Shown here piece after piece: positions 30,068-39,616 of a stretch of DNA of 64,000 nucleotides. Location of the stretch: IMG/VR virus record IMGVR_UViG_3300005920_000007; one strand, given 5' to 3'. The position numbers and the translations under genes were made by a program. The stretch is from an uncultured virus (IMG/VR IMGVR_UViG_3300005920_000007). Lineage: Duplodnaviria > Heunggongvirae > Uroviricota > Caudoviricetes. Each line of letters starts with the position of its first letter. Positions within the stretch are counted from its first letter, which is position 1. The notes beneath the pieces were generated by a model that made no database searches, was not told the origin of the DNA, and was given only the letters and a program-made list of their open reading frames with translations.

Positions 30068-30415
30068 CTATTCGCTTCCTTCCAGCCTTGCGATTTTACG
30101 CTCTACTTGAGCCGGAGAGTTTTTGCCAGACGTACGAATACCTTTTTCTTCAAACACAATGTTTCTCACCTTGTTCATGTTTGACGTTTCACCACGTCCA
30201 ATGTTCATCTCAACATGGACTCGCTCAACCTCTTGGTATACGCGCAGGTCTTGATAGGCTTCAAGCAGGCTCGTTTTCAGCTTACGCCTATTCCATATCG
30301 CATTGGTTGTGATTAATAGCCCCACCAGCGCGACAAGTGAACCAAAAATGGTTGCTACTGCTTGTATGAGCGATGACAGGATGCGTGGCTCTTGGAGTAG
30401 TTGTTCAATGTTCAT
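30068..30415 (-). CDS. single-TM membrane protein
   Basis: N-terminal TM; driven by a minus-strand repeat copy. Confidence 0.75.
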   Translation of the reverse strand: MNIEQLLQEPRILSSLIQAVATIFGSLVALVGLLITTNAIWNRRKLKTSLLEAYQDLRVYQEVERVHVEMNIGRGETSNMNKVRNIVFEEKGIRTSGKNSPAQVERKIARLEGSE

Positions 30416-30427
30416 GGCTGTTACCTC

Positions 30428-30474
30428 GTTGTGTTGACGTAGTCAATTTTACTAAAATTAACATCACAAGTCAA
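30428..30474 (-). promoter_or_regulatory. Repeat promoter copy (minus strand)
   Basis: TTGACT-N17-TAAAAT...GTCAACACAAC-GAGG. Confidence 0.8.
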
Positions 30475-30553
30475 CTTTTTTGAGGTTTTTGGTGTGAGCT
30501 ATGAGGGTAAAACTCGCCCCAGAAAAAACGGGGCGAGGTATGAAATTGAGATG

Positions 30554-31315
30554 TTAGCGCGCGGCGCTCTTACGTCTTTTTAGACCGGCTAAAGACAACA
30601 ACCCCAATCCTGCCATGACAGCGCCTGGCGCGCTTACATTGGCTAACCGGGCATTAGCATTATTCTCCACCAGGGACATATCTTCTTGCGTGGTCAATGT
30701 GGCGCCACCGTCAGCAACCAGGTAAACGCCCCGACTTGCTGCTGTTGCGTCTAACGTATATGACTCATGCGTGTAATCAATATAGGAATACGAATAATAC
30801 CGCGTTCGCTGCGTTGTCATCGGATCTTTGAACCAACGTACACCCGCCATATTCACATTGCCTTCATTAACATACATGCCGTAGGAGTAATAGTCATGTT
30901 CTACATTCCATGACGAACCCGATATGCGCTTGTACGTCCACCCGAACTGAGCACTAAAATCGTCAACAATTTCTTGTACTGCTGGTGAGCTTTCGCGGTT
31001 GTTGTAATAATAGCGAGATTGACTGGTGTCATATCCCGTTAAATCAGTCACAATATCCTGTACTTCAAGTGCCGTTGCAAAACGCCACCCGTCAAACAAA
31101 CCGCCATCGCCGAGCTCTGCACTCACCTGGTTAATTGACATCCCTTTTGTCTGGTCAAGCTTTAACCACTCTATCCCGGTGTCATAGTCAAGAAAAGCAA
31201 GCCCGTCACCTTCTGCCTTCCAGTCTAGCGGAATATAGTTTGCAGCGTTTGCACCACTTACCATTGCAATGGTTATTGCAAAAGCAGCAACACCTTTTTT
31301 GAAAAAATTTTTCAT
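30554..31315 (-). CDS. PEP-CTERM-type exosortase substrate
   Basis: Signal peptide; DTGIEWL; C-terminal VSAP, TM and KRRK. Confidence 0.85.
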   Translation of the reverse strand: MKNFFKKGVAAFAITIAMVSGANAANYIPLDWKAEGDGLAFLDYDTGIEWLKLDQTKGMSINQVSAELGDGGLFDGWRFATALEVQDIVTDLTGYDTSQSRYYYNNRESSPAVQEIVDDFSAQFGWTYKRISGSSWNVEHDYYSYGMYVNEGNVNMAGVRWFKDPMTTQRTRYYSYSYIDYTHESYTLDATAASRGVYLVADGGATLTTQEDMSLVENNANARLANVSAPGAVMAGLGLLSLAGLKRRKSAAR

Positions 31316-31367
31316 ACTTCTTCCCCACTTTACATTTGTATGTTTATCCTTAAATCGCCCCACTTCA

Positions 31368-31383
31368 TGCAATGCTTATGCCG
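31368..31383 (-). promoter_or_regulatory. sigma54 -24/-12 promoter
   Basis: CGGCATAAGCATTGCA (GG-N10-GC). Confidence 0.7.
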
Positions 31384-31473
31384 CCTTTTTCACGCATTTA
31401 AAAGCGCACCCGCAGTCGTTCAGCGCCTTGTATATTCACACATTTACACTCCTTATGAATATACACCCACCAG

Positions 31474-31490
31474 TGTAAAACAACCTGACA
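31474..31490. promoter_or_regulatory. Putative PEP-CTERM enhancer box TGT-N11-ACA
   Basis: TGTAAAACAACCTGACA about 90 bp upstream of the sigma54 site. Confidence 0.55.
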
Positions 31491-31574
31491 CTTGCAGCAC
31501 CATAAAAAAAACCATTGACAACCCACGCAGTCTGTGAGACACTAACATTGTCAACACAACAAGAGAACCTTGCT

Positions 31575-31883
31575 ATGAGCAAAACCAGACTTCAGAACAT
31601 CTACACCACACGCCTTATCAGCAGCAACACAGATGGAAAGCGCGATGATGGCACCGTGGTTAAAATCAATTACCAGGTCGACCTGGTGACGGCTTTTGAC
31701 AACTCACCAGGAGCGGATGACTATGATCCTGAAATTCCTATGCGAAGTGGGACCAAAATTAGAATCACATACCGCACACCTGAGTCTTTCCGAAACAAAG
31801 TGTTCTTTGCACTGAGAGAGCAAGCTGAACACGTCATCTCAGAGCTTCAAAACCCTAACAGTGATCTTTACGCCGCTGAGTAA
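31575..31883 (+). CDS. hypothetical protein
   Basis: Follows repeat copy 31515. Confidence 0.75.
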   Translation: MSKTRLQNIYTTRLISSNTDGKRDDGTVVKINYQVDLVTAFDNSPGADDYDPEIPMRSGTKIRITYRTPESFRNKVFFALREQAEHVISELQNPNSDLYAAE

Positions 31884-31967
31884 AAGCGCCATTAAGTGCG
31901 TTATCATTGACAACGCACTCACATTGTGAGATGATACACGGGTCAACACAACAAAGAAGGTAATTCC

Positions 31968-32372
31968 ATGAATAGACGTAATGTCATTGCACGTATCGAC
32001 TGCCTAACATCAGACAGCTGCCCGCTAACCAAAGGCTTGCCTACCTATATCGAGGTAGAGGTCGCATTTAATGATGGCAGCGTTCCGCGTGCCCGTGGCG
32101 GTAAGCCACCCAAGCGTTATGAAGCCAATGCGCAGCTTAAGTCACGCGACGGCAGCTTTGTTAAAGCCTATGGCGGTAAAGGTGTCACTATGGGATTAAA
32201 GGAAGCGGCACGCTTTAGTGCTAAAACGCTTGAGTCCTTATCTCTGCCTAGCGCTGATGTTGAGAAGCTCGTTGCGCGCGTGTGTGAAATGAGTGGGCTC
32301 ACACTCAGTGAAAAAGGCGAGGCCCAGATGGCTTATCTTAAAGACACTGAGGCTGCCAAAGAGACAGCCTAA
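31968..32372 (+). CDS. hypothetical protein
   Basis: Follows repeat copy 31907. Confidence 0.75.
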   Translation: MNRRNVIARIDCLTSDSCPLTKGLPTYIEVEVAFNDGSVPRARGGKPPKRYEANAQLKSRDGSFVKAYGGKGVTMGLKEAARFSAKTLESLSLPSADVEKLVARVCEMSGLTLSEKGEAQMAYLKDTEAAKETA

Positions 32373-32391
32373 CGCTACATTGTTGGCGTAA

Positions 32392-32550
32392 CTATACGTT
32401 ACGCCGCCCTGCATACCCAACAGCCAAACCTAGCGCTGAAAGTGCGACAGGGGCTACTGTTTGTAGTTCGGGTAAAAATAAAGCGATAAGTGATATTCCC
32501 AGCGCCACGGCACCACCGAACACGACGCCATATATTCCGTTAGTCATCAT
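32392..32550 (-). CDS. small 2-TM membrane protein (52 aa)
   Basis: AGGAGG RBS; MMTNGIYGVVFGGAVALGISLIALFLPELQTVAPVALSALGLAVGYAGRRNV. Confidence 0.65.
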   Translation of the reverse strand: MMTNGIYGVVFGGAVALGISLIALFLPELQTVAPVALSALGLAVGYAGRRNV

Positions 32551-32676
32551 CCAACCTCCTTGTGAACATGATGTTAATAGTAGCAGATTATTTTATTTGT
32601 GATAGCTTTTTTATTTGACAACGCTCTCAGTTTTTGAGATACTAACCTCGTCAACACAGCAGCAGGATAAAACACC

Positions 32677-33066
32677 ATGAGCACAACCGTTCAAGCGTCA
32701 ACTATTACCCCAGAGCAAATTGCTTTTTTCATTGAACGCGCCAATCAGGTTCGCACCTCTTTAACGCTATCAGCACGAGACGATGGCAAAAAGAACACTA
32801 TCCGACTAAAACCCTTCCAGGATTTCACGGATGAAGGGGATGACAACGGAGAAGGTATCGATATTCTTGTCAATGGCAAAGAGGGTTTTGGACGCTTGCA
32901 TTTAGTTGAAGATCCTGAGAACCCTAATGACGACATGCTGTCTGGCTCATGCCTTGGCTTTGATCTTGTCGTGTCATGGAGAAAAGCCGATGAAGTGTGT
33001 GGCGCACTTGCCAATACGCTTGTCTCGACGCTTGACGGTGAATGGGCATTTAAAGGCTGCAACTGA
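32677..33066 (+). CDS. hypothetical protein
   Basis: Follows repeat copy 32615. Confidence 0.8.
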   Translation: MSTTVQASTITPEQIAFFIERANQVRTSLTLSARDDGKKNTIRLKPFQDFTDEGDDNGEGIDILVNGKEGFGRLHLVEDPENPNDDMLSGSCLGFDLVVSWRKADEVCGALANTLVSTLDGEWAFKGCN

Positions 33067-33115
33067 GCCTTTTTATCTCCTAGCACCACGACTATTAACT
33101 AGAGGACATATCGGC

Positions 33116-33481
33116 ATGAATGAGCTTCGCATCCCACAGTGGTACCTTGCATTAGCAAGCACGCTACACCTTAACATCGTTTTCCCTATCGCGATGGTTC
33201 TTGGTAGCGTGGTAGCCGGTCTCACGCTCACAGAGGCAATGAGTGGCTTCTTAGCAGGCACATTGGCTTTTACCTTCTTGATGCTTGCCTACACGCTCAA
33301 CAAAGGGTATGGGCGTGGCAACATCATCACACGCGCTTTATTTACGCTGTGCGTGTTCTTGGAGGTGCCAGAACACAACGATAATAATTCGGGACTGGCC
33401 TACTTCTTTATTTTCGCTATCACGGGCATCATCTTATTGCTCATCCAACTATCATTGCTCGCTATGCGTCTCATATCGTAG
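33116..33481 (+). CDS. membrane protein
   Basis: GAGGA RBS; hydrophobic. Confidence 0.7.
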   Translation: MNELRIPQWYLALASTLHLNIVFPIAMVLGSVVAGLTLTEAMSGFLAGTLAFTFLMLAYTLNKGYGRGNIITRALFTLCVFLEVPEHNDNNSGLAYFFIFAITGIILLLIQLSLLAMRLIS

Positions 33482-33567
33482 CGTAACGTAACGCAACCCA
33501 TTACACACCACTTTCAACCTGCCTGCGGGCATATCCGCAGGCGTATACACCAAGTGAGGTTTTTATT

Positions 33568-33816
33568 ATGGCAGCAACAGTTCACTTTGTTTCACCCGAA
33601 GATGCTGAGGTGCTACGCAAGTACATGACGCCGGGAGACAGCAATCAAGGCATCGCGCTTATTTTTAGCAAAGAGGCGCAGACCGCGCTTGAGGATGCAG
33701 GCATAGAAGATGGCGAAACGGTCGATTATGACTTTGGCGGGGACGCAGACGCTTACGTTGAAACCGTCAGCACCGTCACGCATCACTTTGTGCTTTCGCA
33801 AAAAGACAACGCGTAA
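33568..33816 (+). CDS. small acidic protein
   Basis: GAGG RBS. Confidence 0.7.
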   Translation: MAATVHFVSPEDAEVLRKYMTPGDSNQGIALIFSKEAQTALEDAGIEDGETVDYDFGGDADAYVETVSTVTHHFVLSQKDNA

Positions 33817-33836
33817 GCGGCACTCAGCGCTCTAAC

Positions 33837-33862
33837 AAAAAGACCCTAAAGGGTCTTTTTTT
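33837..33862. terminator. Intrinsic terminator
   Basis: AAAAAGACCCT/AGGGTCTTTTT. Confidence 0.85.
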
Positions 33863-33896
33863 GTTGACTCTAGTTTGTTCGTTTGATATATTTAAG

Positions 33897-34059
33897 TTGC
33901 TCCGATGGAGTGTAGGCCATACGACCTACGCCGCCCCTTTGGCCAAAATCGTAAGCAACATCTTTACCTATTCACCTGTGGTACGTTACATACAACGGCA
34001 TAATACCTTAGGTGCGATTGGGAACGGGGCACAAGCGCACCACTAATGAGGAACACCTT
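33897..34059 (+). ncRNA. Structured leader F
   Basis: Promoter TTGACT(33864)-N17-TATATT; GCCCC 33933-33937 pairs with GGGGC 34026-34030 after GGAAC in hairpin GGTGCG/CGCACC. Confidence 0.7.
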
Positions 34060-35031
34060 ATGTCATTACGTCAACAGATCGTGTCTAAATCACACATGCA
34101 GGGGCTACGAGACTCGCTGCGAGAATCATTCTCCCCGAATAAGCTTGCCATCTTGCTATCACACACCATTGACGACCCTGCTGTCCAGGCTGCAATGAGC
34201 AAGGCCATTGGCTCAAAAGGCGATAATAATCTCGACGCACGCGTTGCCGACGACATCACAGCCACACTGCTTGGCTTTAACAACACCCATGAAATGTTCG
34301 CGCATTACAATAATGTGACGCATGTTCGCCGCTGGGAATTTTTACACAAAAACAAGTACGAAGATTATGCGCCCGACTACTTGGTTGAAGTCGGTGTCCA
34401 TTTTTCTGTACTTGATGCCATCGCCTTAGAGGACAGCGATTTCGAGCACGACCGTATTGAGGAACGTTTTGAGCTCCTTGCTATGGATGAGGCCTACCCT
34501 GCCACTGATGAAGAGCTCGCAACCTGTATCACGTCAAAAAGCGATGCGCCTGCGGTTGTGCTATCAATGTCAAGAGATGGCCTATTTGATGGCATTAAAA
34601 TGTCAGACAGAACAATGGCGACACAGGCATTCACCCTGCTTGAATCAATGATGTTAACTACAAGCGCCGGCATTCCCTTTGCACTGGATAGCGACGAGGT
34701 GATGAAACGCTACACGCTCTCGGATATGGCGATATTCTCGGTTTCCCAGGATGTCGTTGATAGTGAGCTAGACCTCCTAACCGTTTTTCTTGAAGAGGGG
34801 GTGTTGGAGGGGGCACTTACCGTTCCACTATCAGCCGCATTGCTGCCACTCGCACCGCTCTCAATCAGTGACGACATACACACCTATGCCTTATTGGATG
34901 GGTACACGCTGCATTTTTCTCCGGCATCGATGATGTTCATCTTGGCGCATAACGACACCCCCTGCTTTGGCGGCGGTATACACCTCCATGAGAACGATCT
35001 TCGACGCCAAGCATTTACTGGCTTGGCATAA
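34060..35031 (+). CDS. Leader-associated family protein F
   Basis: GAGGA RBS; motif ARVADDITATLLGFNNTHEM. Confidence 0.8.
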   Translation: MSLRQQIVSKSHMQGLRDSLRESFSPNKLAILLSHTIDDPAVQAAMSKAIGSKGDNNLDARVADDITATLLGFNNTHEMFAHYNNVTHVRRWEFLHKNKYEDYAPDYLVEVGVHFSVLDAIALEDSDFEHDRIEERFELLAMDEAYPATDEELATCITSKSDAPAVVLSMSRDGLFDGIKMSDRTMATQAFTLLESMMLTTSAGIPFALDSDEVMKRYTLSDMAIFSVSQDVVDSELDLLTVFLEEGVLEGALTVPLSAALLPLAPLSISDDIHTYALLDGYTLHFSPASMMFILAHNDTPCFGGGIHLHENDLRRQAFTGLA

Positions 35032-35096
35032 AAGCTCACAGCGCTTGCGTGGCACATTCGCTGTCACGCAATACGTAAACAACAAGGAAACACATA

Positions 35097-35468
35097 ATGG
35101 TTAACTTTGATTTGGGCCCTAAAGGTGCCGTAGCGGTGAAGCAAGATGACAGCAAATGCAGAGACTTATTTTGGGTCAATGCGCAAGGCGAATGGTGGTC
35201 GGAAGCGGATAAGGAATGGTCATCACCTGAACAGTTCCCGGTCACCTGGCTTCAAACGATTGCGTCAAAAGATGTTGCTGTCGAAATCCATTGGGGACAA
35301 GGTCCTGAAGGCGCTGTTGCTGTCAAGCAAGATACCAGTGAATGTAAGGATTTATTTTGGGTTAATGCCCAAGATGAGTGGTGGTCTGAGAACGAACAGG
35401 AGTGGGTACCGGCAGAGCGCTATGACATAACGTGGCTGCAAACGATTGCTGCCGAGCACGCGGCATAA
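35097..35468 (+). CDS. Trp-rich protein made of two tandem ~60-aa repeats
   Basis: GPxGAVAVKQD..DLFWVNAQ..WLQTIA occurs twice. Confidence 0.8.
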   Translation: MVNFDLGPKGAVAVKQDDSKCRDLFWVNAQGEWWSEADKEWSSPEQFPVTWLQTIASKDVAVEIHWGQGPEGAVAVKQDTSECKDLFWVNAQDEWWSENEQEWVPAERYDITWLQTIAAEHAA

Positions 35469-35579
35469 CAAACAACGGTTTAACTTGCGGTGTTTTTTCT
35501 AAAAACATAAAAAAACGTTGACAACACACACAGCTTTTGCGATACTAATCCTGTCAACACAACAACGGAGTAACACCTT

Positions 35580-35924
35580 ATGTCAGCACTGACCTCTACA
35601 TTAAAAACAGCAATTTTAGCATCATGCGCAAGTATTCAAACGCGCATGGATAGCAATGACGATAGCACCAACATTGCTGGTGTCGACGCATTGATTGAAG
35701 AGGCCAAGAGCGCGTCTCTTGACAACCTTGCGGTCAACATTAAACGCGTCGATGACACCTTCATGGAATGGGTTAACGCGATGAATACGGTTGAGGCTAT
35801 CGAAGCTGCCGATGATGACGACGATGTCGATGACATTGATGACGCACATGAAGCAGAAACCGACGCCCGTGAAGAGCTTGAAGAGGCGCTTAATGATTTG
35901 CGTGCCGCGGCTGAGGTGATGTAA
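35580..35924 (+). CDS. highly acidic helical protein
   Basis: Follows repeat copy 35518. Confidence 0.8.
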   Translation: MSALTSTLKTAILASCASIQTRMDSNDDSTNIAGVDALIEEAKSASLDNLAVNIKRVDDTFMEWVNAMNTVEAIEAADDDDDVDDIDDAHEAETDAREELEEALNDLRAAAEVM

Positions 35925-36046
35925 GTCAATCACTGAGTGGCTGCTCTTGTTTATTTTCAATAGCAGCCTTTTCTATTAAAAAAACATTGACAATACACAC
36001 AGCATTTGAGACACTAACCCTGTCAACACAACAACGGAGCAACACC

Positions 36047-36538
36047 ATGATTTCAACCCTAACCAAAGCTGAATGCATCGACGCGCTATCTCACTTTGAT
36101 CGCGATGACATTGTTGTAGCAACATGCACGTTCGGTGACCGCGCTAGAACGATGCAGGCAGTACCACTGGGCGACCTTACATCTGGCTTTATCACCTCAT
36201 CGAGCTACTCAGACTCTGGGTATGCCGTGGTTGAGGAGGGCGATGAAGATGACAGCGACACCCCTATTCACTTCTTCGAACCGGGCGACGTCTCTGAACA
36301 TATGACGGTAGGCGACTTTCTCGATAACCTAACGGGACTTGATGATGACGACTTTGTTGTCGCTGCGTGGAACTACGGAGACCGCGGAAATACGATTCAG
36401 GCGATTGGTTTTAATGAGGTTAATGAGGTTTATCTTAACCGCAGCCCATCCTCGGACTCTGGCTACGCCGTAGTTGAGGAGGGGGATGAGGATGATGACG
36501 CAGTGCGCGCACTGGTCATCAACTACGAGGCCCTTTAA
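36047..36538 (+). CDS. acidic protein with two internal repeats
   Basis: DD.VVA...GDR..T.QA...SDSGYAVVEEGDEDD occurs twice; follows repeat copy 35987. Confidence 0.8.
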   Translation: MISTLTKAECIDALSHFDRDDIVVATCTFGDRARTMQAVPLGDLTSGFITSSSYSDSGYAVVEEGDEDDSDTPIHFFEPGDVSEHMTVGDFLDNLTGLDDDDFVVAAWNYGDRGNTIQAIGFNEVNEVYLNRSPSSDSGYAVVEEGDEDDDAVRALVINYEAL

Positions 36539-36610
36539 GTAACACTATGCGGGTGGCGATTTGCCACCCCTATCAAGACCTAACACAATCATCGTTCAAC
36601 AGGAGCTATC

Positions 36611-36979
36611 ATGTCTCACGCATCAACGAACAATAAACAAAAAACAAACCGTGTTAACGTGGAGAAACTGTGGACAGCGCTGCGAGAAAAACTTGGTGCG
36701 CAATCATCGATATTGGCGATGAAACTTGACGATGTGCTCGAAATGGAGCAACGCCTTAATGCTGAAAACGGGGTCTGCGGCAGTGAGTACATCGCCAAAA
36801 CTTCCCTGCTCTACCATATCGCGAACCAGCCGCTAAATAACATGAATTATAAGTTAGTGGGTCAAATGCGAGACAGCCTTATCATTGCGCTTACACTCGT
36901 CTTAGCCACTAACCCTGAGAACGATTACTTATCCGAATACGAAAGCGCCTTGGCGACCATTCTAATGAACCAAGGATAA
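36611..36979 (+). CDS. hypothetical protein
   Basis: AGGAG RBS. Confidence 0.8.
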   Translation: MSHASTNNKQKTNRVNVEKLWTALREKLGAQSSILAMKLDDVLEMEQRLNAENGVCGSEYIAKTSLLYHIANQPLNNMNYKLVGQMRDSLIIALTLVLATNPENDYLSEYESALATILMNQG

Positions 36980-36984
36980 TGCAC

Positions 36985-37167
36985 CCTGATGCGTCAACCA
37001 TCAGTATTGAATTTAAAGTCCCGGCACCTGTTGTTTTGTTGACGTAAAACACCCTCGCCGGGCATCCTTTACGTCGGCGGCCTGTTGTGTTGACGCCTTC
37101 TCGCCGCCGACCCTCACATTGTTGTGACGACAACGCCCGTACCAGGTTATGCTGGCGGGCTTTTTTG
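36985..37167 (+). ncRNA. Candidate 3'-UTR/sRNA antisense to the repeat-driven 5' UTRs
   Basis: GC stems presenting CCTGTTGTTTTGTTGACG (37027-37044) and CCTGTTGTGTTGACG (37081-37095); terminator at 37135-37166. Confidence 0.6.
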
Positions 37168-37270
37168 CATCTTTTAAATTTGATTATTTTCAATATTATG
37201 CGTAGAAAGGTTGACAACACACACACGATTTGAGATGATGACCTGGTCAACACAACAACGGAGAATGACA

Positions 37271-37456
37271 ATGTCAGAAAAGAAAATTCAATTAGTTCGT
37301 GAGGTCGCGAGCGAAGCAGGCAAGCTTAAACGCAAGATCATCAATGCACTTGATGAGTCTAACCCGAAATCGTACGAGGTGTCTCAGGCCGTTTCACAGC
37401 TGATTGCTGATCTTAATGAACTAGTGCAAAGCGCCCCTGTATCCGACAACGGTTAA
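37271..37456 (+). CDS. small hypothetical protein
   Basis: Follows repeat copy 37211. Confidence 0.7.
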   Translation: MSEKKIQLVREVASEAGKLKRKIINALDESNPKSYEVSQAVSQLIADLNELVQSAPVSDNG

Positions 37457-37507
37457 CCGCTTCCGTGCGCCCATTGTGGCGCACACCCACATAAAGGAAT
37501 TCATGGC

Positions 37508-38098
37508 ATGAATAACGCTGTTCCACTATCTAAAGAATACCTTGATGCCCTACTCTCTGGTATTGAGGGAAAAAGCACGGCGTTTGTTTCGTTGTTGCTG
37601 GTTGCGTTTGATGAGTTGTGCGATGCTGAAGCTCTTGAAGCTAATCTCGCGGCCATAATTGAAGCCAATGCGGGAGGGACTGCGGATGTTAATGCCGTCA
37701 TACCGATGGCGGTTCAATTCCGCACCTGCGCTCGTTCATTTGCTGCCCTACCACCTGAGTACAGTCAGGCTGAGCTAGAGGGCGCGAATGCGTTACTTAA
37801 AACCCTGGGTTACACTATTGATTTAGTCACGATATACGCCAACGTCATAAGCCGCATTCATTTTGCTAAAGAGGGCGTGGTGCTACGCGACTTAGTCAAC
37901 AACGGTGACACGCCAGAGGATTTGATTGCGCCTTACCCTGACGAAGCCCCTGAAGGCAAGGTGAGAGAAACGTGGCTGGCACGGGTCAAAGAAGTGGGTC
38001 GCGACGACATTGTCGCATGGCATGACGATGTGATGGCTCGCCATGATGATGGGGATGCGATCATTACCATGATACTGACGCAATCAGAATGGGAATGA
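37508..38098 (+). CDS. hypothetical protein
   Basis: AAGGA RBS. Confidence 0.75.
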   Translation: MNNAVPLSKEYLDALLSGIEGKSTAFVSLLLVAFDELCDAEALEANLAAIIEANAGGTADVNAVIPMAVQFRTCARSFAALPPEYSQAELEGANALLKTLGYTIDLVTIYANVISRIHFAKEGVVLRDLVNNGDTPEDLIAPYPDEAPEGKVRETWLARVKEVGRDDIVAWHDDVMARHDDGDAIITMILTQSEWE

Positions 38099-38259
38099 CA
38101 CGTTGTGACAACATCCATTTGAAAGGCGCACTGCGCCTTTTTTGCTTCCCTTACGACGGTTTTCGTCGTTTAACAATCAACCACTGTGCACAAATTTATT
38201 GACAACACTCTCAGTTTTTGCGATACTTATTCTGTCAACACAACAGAGAGAATCTCATT

Positions 38260-38604
38260 ATGAGCAACGAACAATCATCATCGACTTCAGAGCTTGAGTC
38301 CACAGTATTAGACTCGCTAGCGAACCATCAGCCTGACACCACACTCGTGAAAACACTCGTGGGTGAGTCTATGGGAGAGCGCAATGTCTCTGAGGACGCG
38401 GACGCCGATGAGCTTCTTTCGGCATATGAAAATTGGGCGCATGCCGTAGGCGAACTTAAACTCGCTGAAGACACCTACTACAACGCTGACATGGAGAGCG
38501 AGGAAGCGGAGGAGGCAGAGCAAGAAAAAAATGCGGCTGAAAGCGAAGCGTCTAGCTATGCCAATGACGTCAAACGCGCACTGCGCACCTACCTTGGCAG
38601 CTAA
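38260..38604 (+). CDS. highly acidic protein
   Basis: Follows repeat copy 38199. Confidence 0.75.
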   Translation: MSNEQSSSTSELESTVLDSLANHQPDTTLVKTLVGESMGERNVSEDADADELLSAYENWAHAVGELKLAEDTYYNADMESEEAEEAEQEKNAAESEASSYANDVKRALRTYLGS

Positions 38605-38718
38605 CGTCAATCGCTATTTCTGACATTGGCCTTGCATGTGCGAGGTCAAACCCATTGACAACGCTCTCAGCATCTGAGATACTAACCTTGTCAACACAAC
38701 AACACAGAGAGCGTGCTC

Positions 38719-39222
38719 ATGAAAAAGAATGTGTCACCACGATTTGAACTGCCACCGGCGATTAAAAGTCTTGCCACTCAGTTAGACAAAGAAAAAATAA
38801 GCTTCCGCAACAAAAATCGACTTAAAATATCGTCACTTTTGTCTTTCTTGGATGTCAGTTTCACGACACCGGAAAGCTTCCTAGGCAAAGGGAATGGGTG
38901 GACGTGCTATTACAACGATGAATATCGCATCCGTATTGATGGCGCTTTTCCGAGAGGATTAGGCGGCGTCGAATACCTTGCTAACATTCAAGTGGAAGGG
39001 GCAAAATTAGAAAACGTCTATAACGACTATGTTACTATCTTCGCGTTGTGGGATTTTCTCAATGAAGATGGGCGCGTGTATGCGCTAAGTGTGTATGCCG
39101 AGGATATTCAGAAACTCAAAAGCAAAAAGACCGCTGAAATCAACGCGGCTCAAAAGGCGCTTGATGATATCGTCAACGCAGAACAGGCGCTATCTCAGTC
39201 GCTGTGCAGCAAATCGTCATAA
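38719..39222 (+). CDS. hypothetical protein
   Basis: Follows repeat copy 38655. Confidence 0.75.
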   Translation: MKKNVSPRFELPPAIKSLATQLDKEKISFRNKNRLKISSLLSFLDVSFTTPESFLGKGNGWTCYYNDEYRIRIDGAFPRGLGGVEYLANIQVEGAKLENVYNDYVTIFALWDFLNEDGRVYALSVYAEDIQKLKSKKTAEINAAQKALDDIVNAEQALSQSLCSKSS

Positions 39223-39336
39223 TGTAACTATATGCGCTTTACGAGAGTAAGGCGCAACACTTAACTTACACTTAACCTTGACAACACTCTCAGCTTTTGA
39301 GATACTCATCCTGTCAACGAAACAGGAGTTTACATC

Positions 39337-39615
39337 GTGTTTAATCCTAACGATAACCCCATTTTCTATAGCAACATGACAGATGATGAGGTGCGAGATG
39401 ATGATGCAGAGTATGAGGCGATGATGCAGGGGGTTGAACCAACTGCATTGCCTATAGAAACACCTGTCATCGACACGAGCGAACTTACGCCATTTGACCC
39501 AAATAATGGCCTTATTTTTACGAGCGAGGCCAGCGAAGACGAACTTTATGCTGACTTCGCGTTGGACTGCGCAACATATGACGCAGCATCACACAGCGAA
39601 CATGGAGATAAATAA
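39337..39615 (+). CDS. highly acidic small protein
   Basis: Follows repeat copy 39278; AGGAG RBS, GTG start. Confidence 0.7.
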   Translation: MFNPNDNPIFYSNMTDDEVRDDDAEYEAMMQGVEPTALPIETPVIDTSELTPFDPNNGLIFTSEASEDELYADFALDCATYDAASHSEHGDK

Positions 39616-39616
39616 C

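Noticed and set aside
36909..37271. Minus-strand 120-aa ORF across the candidate sRNA
   Set aside because: It overlaps a promoter, a terminator and the ends of two + strand genes, and has no RBS.
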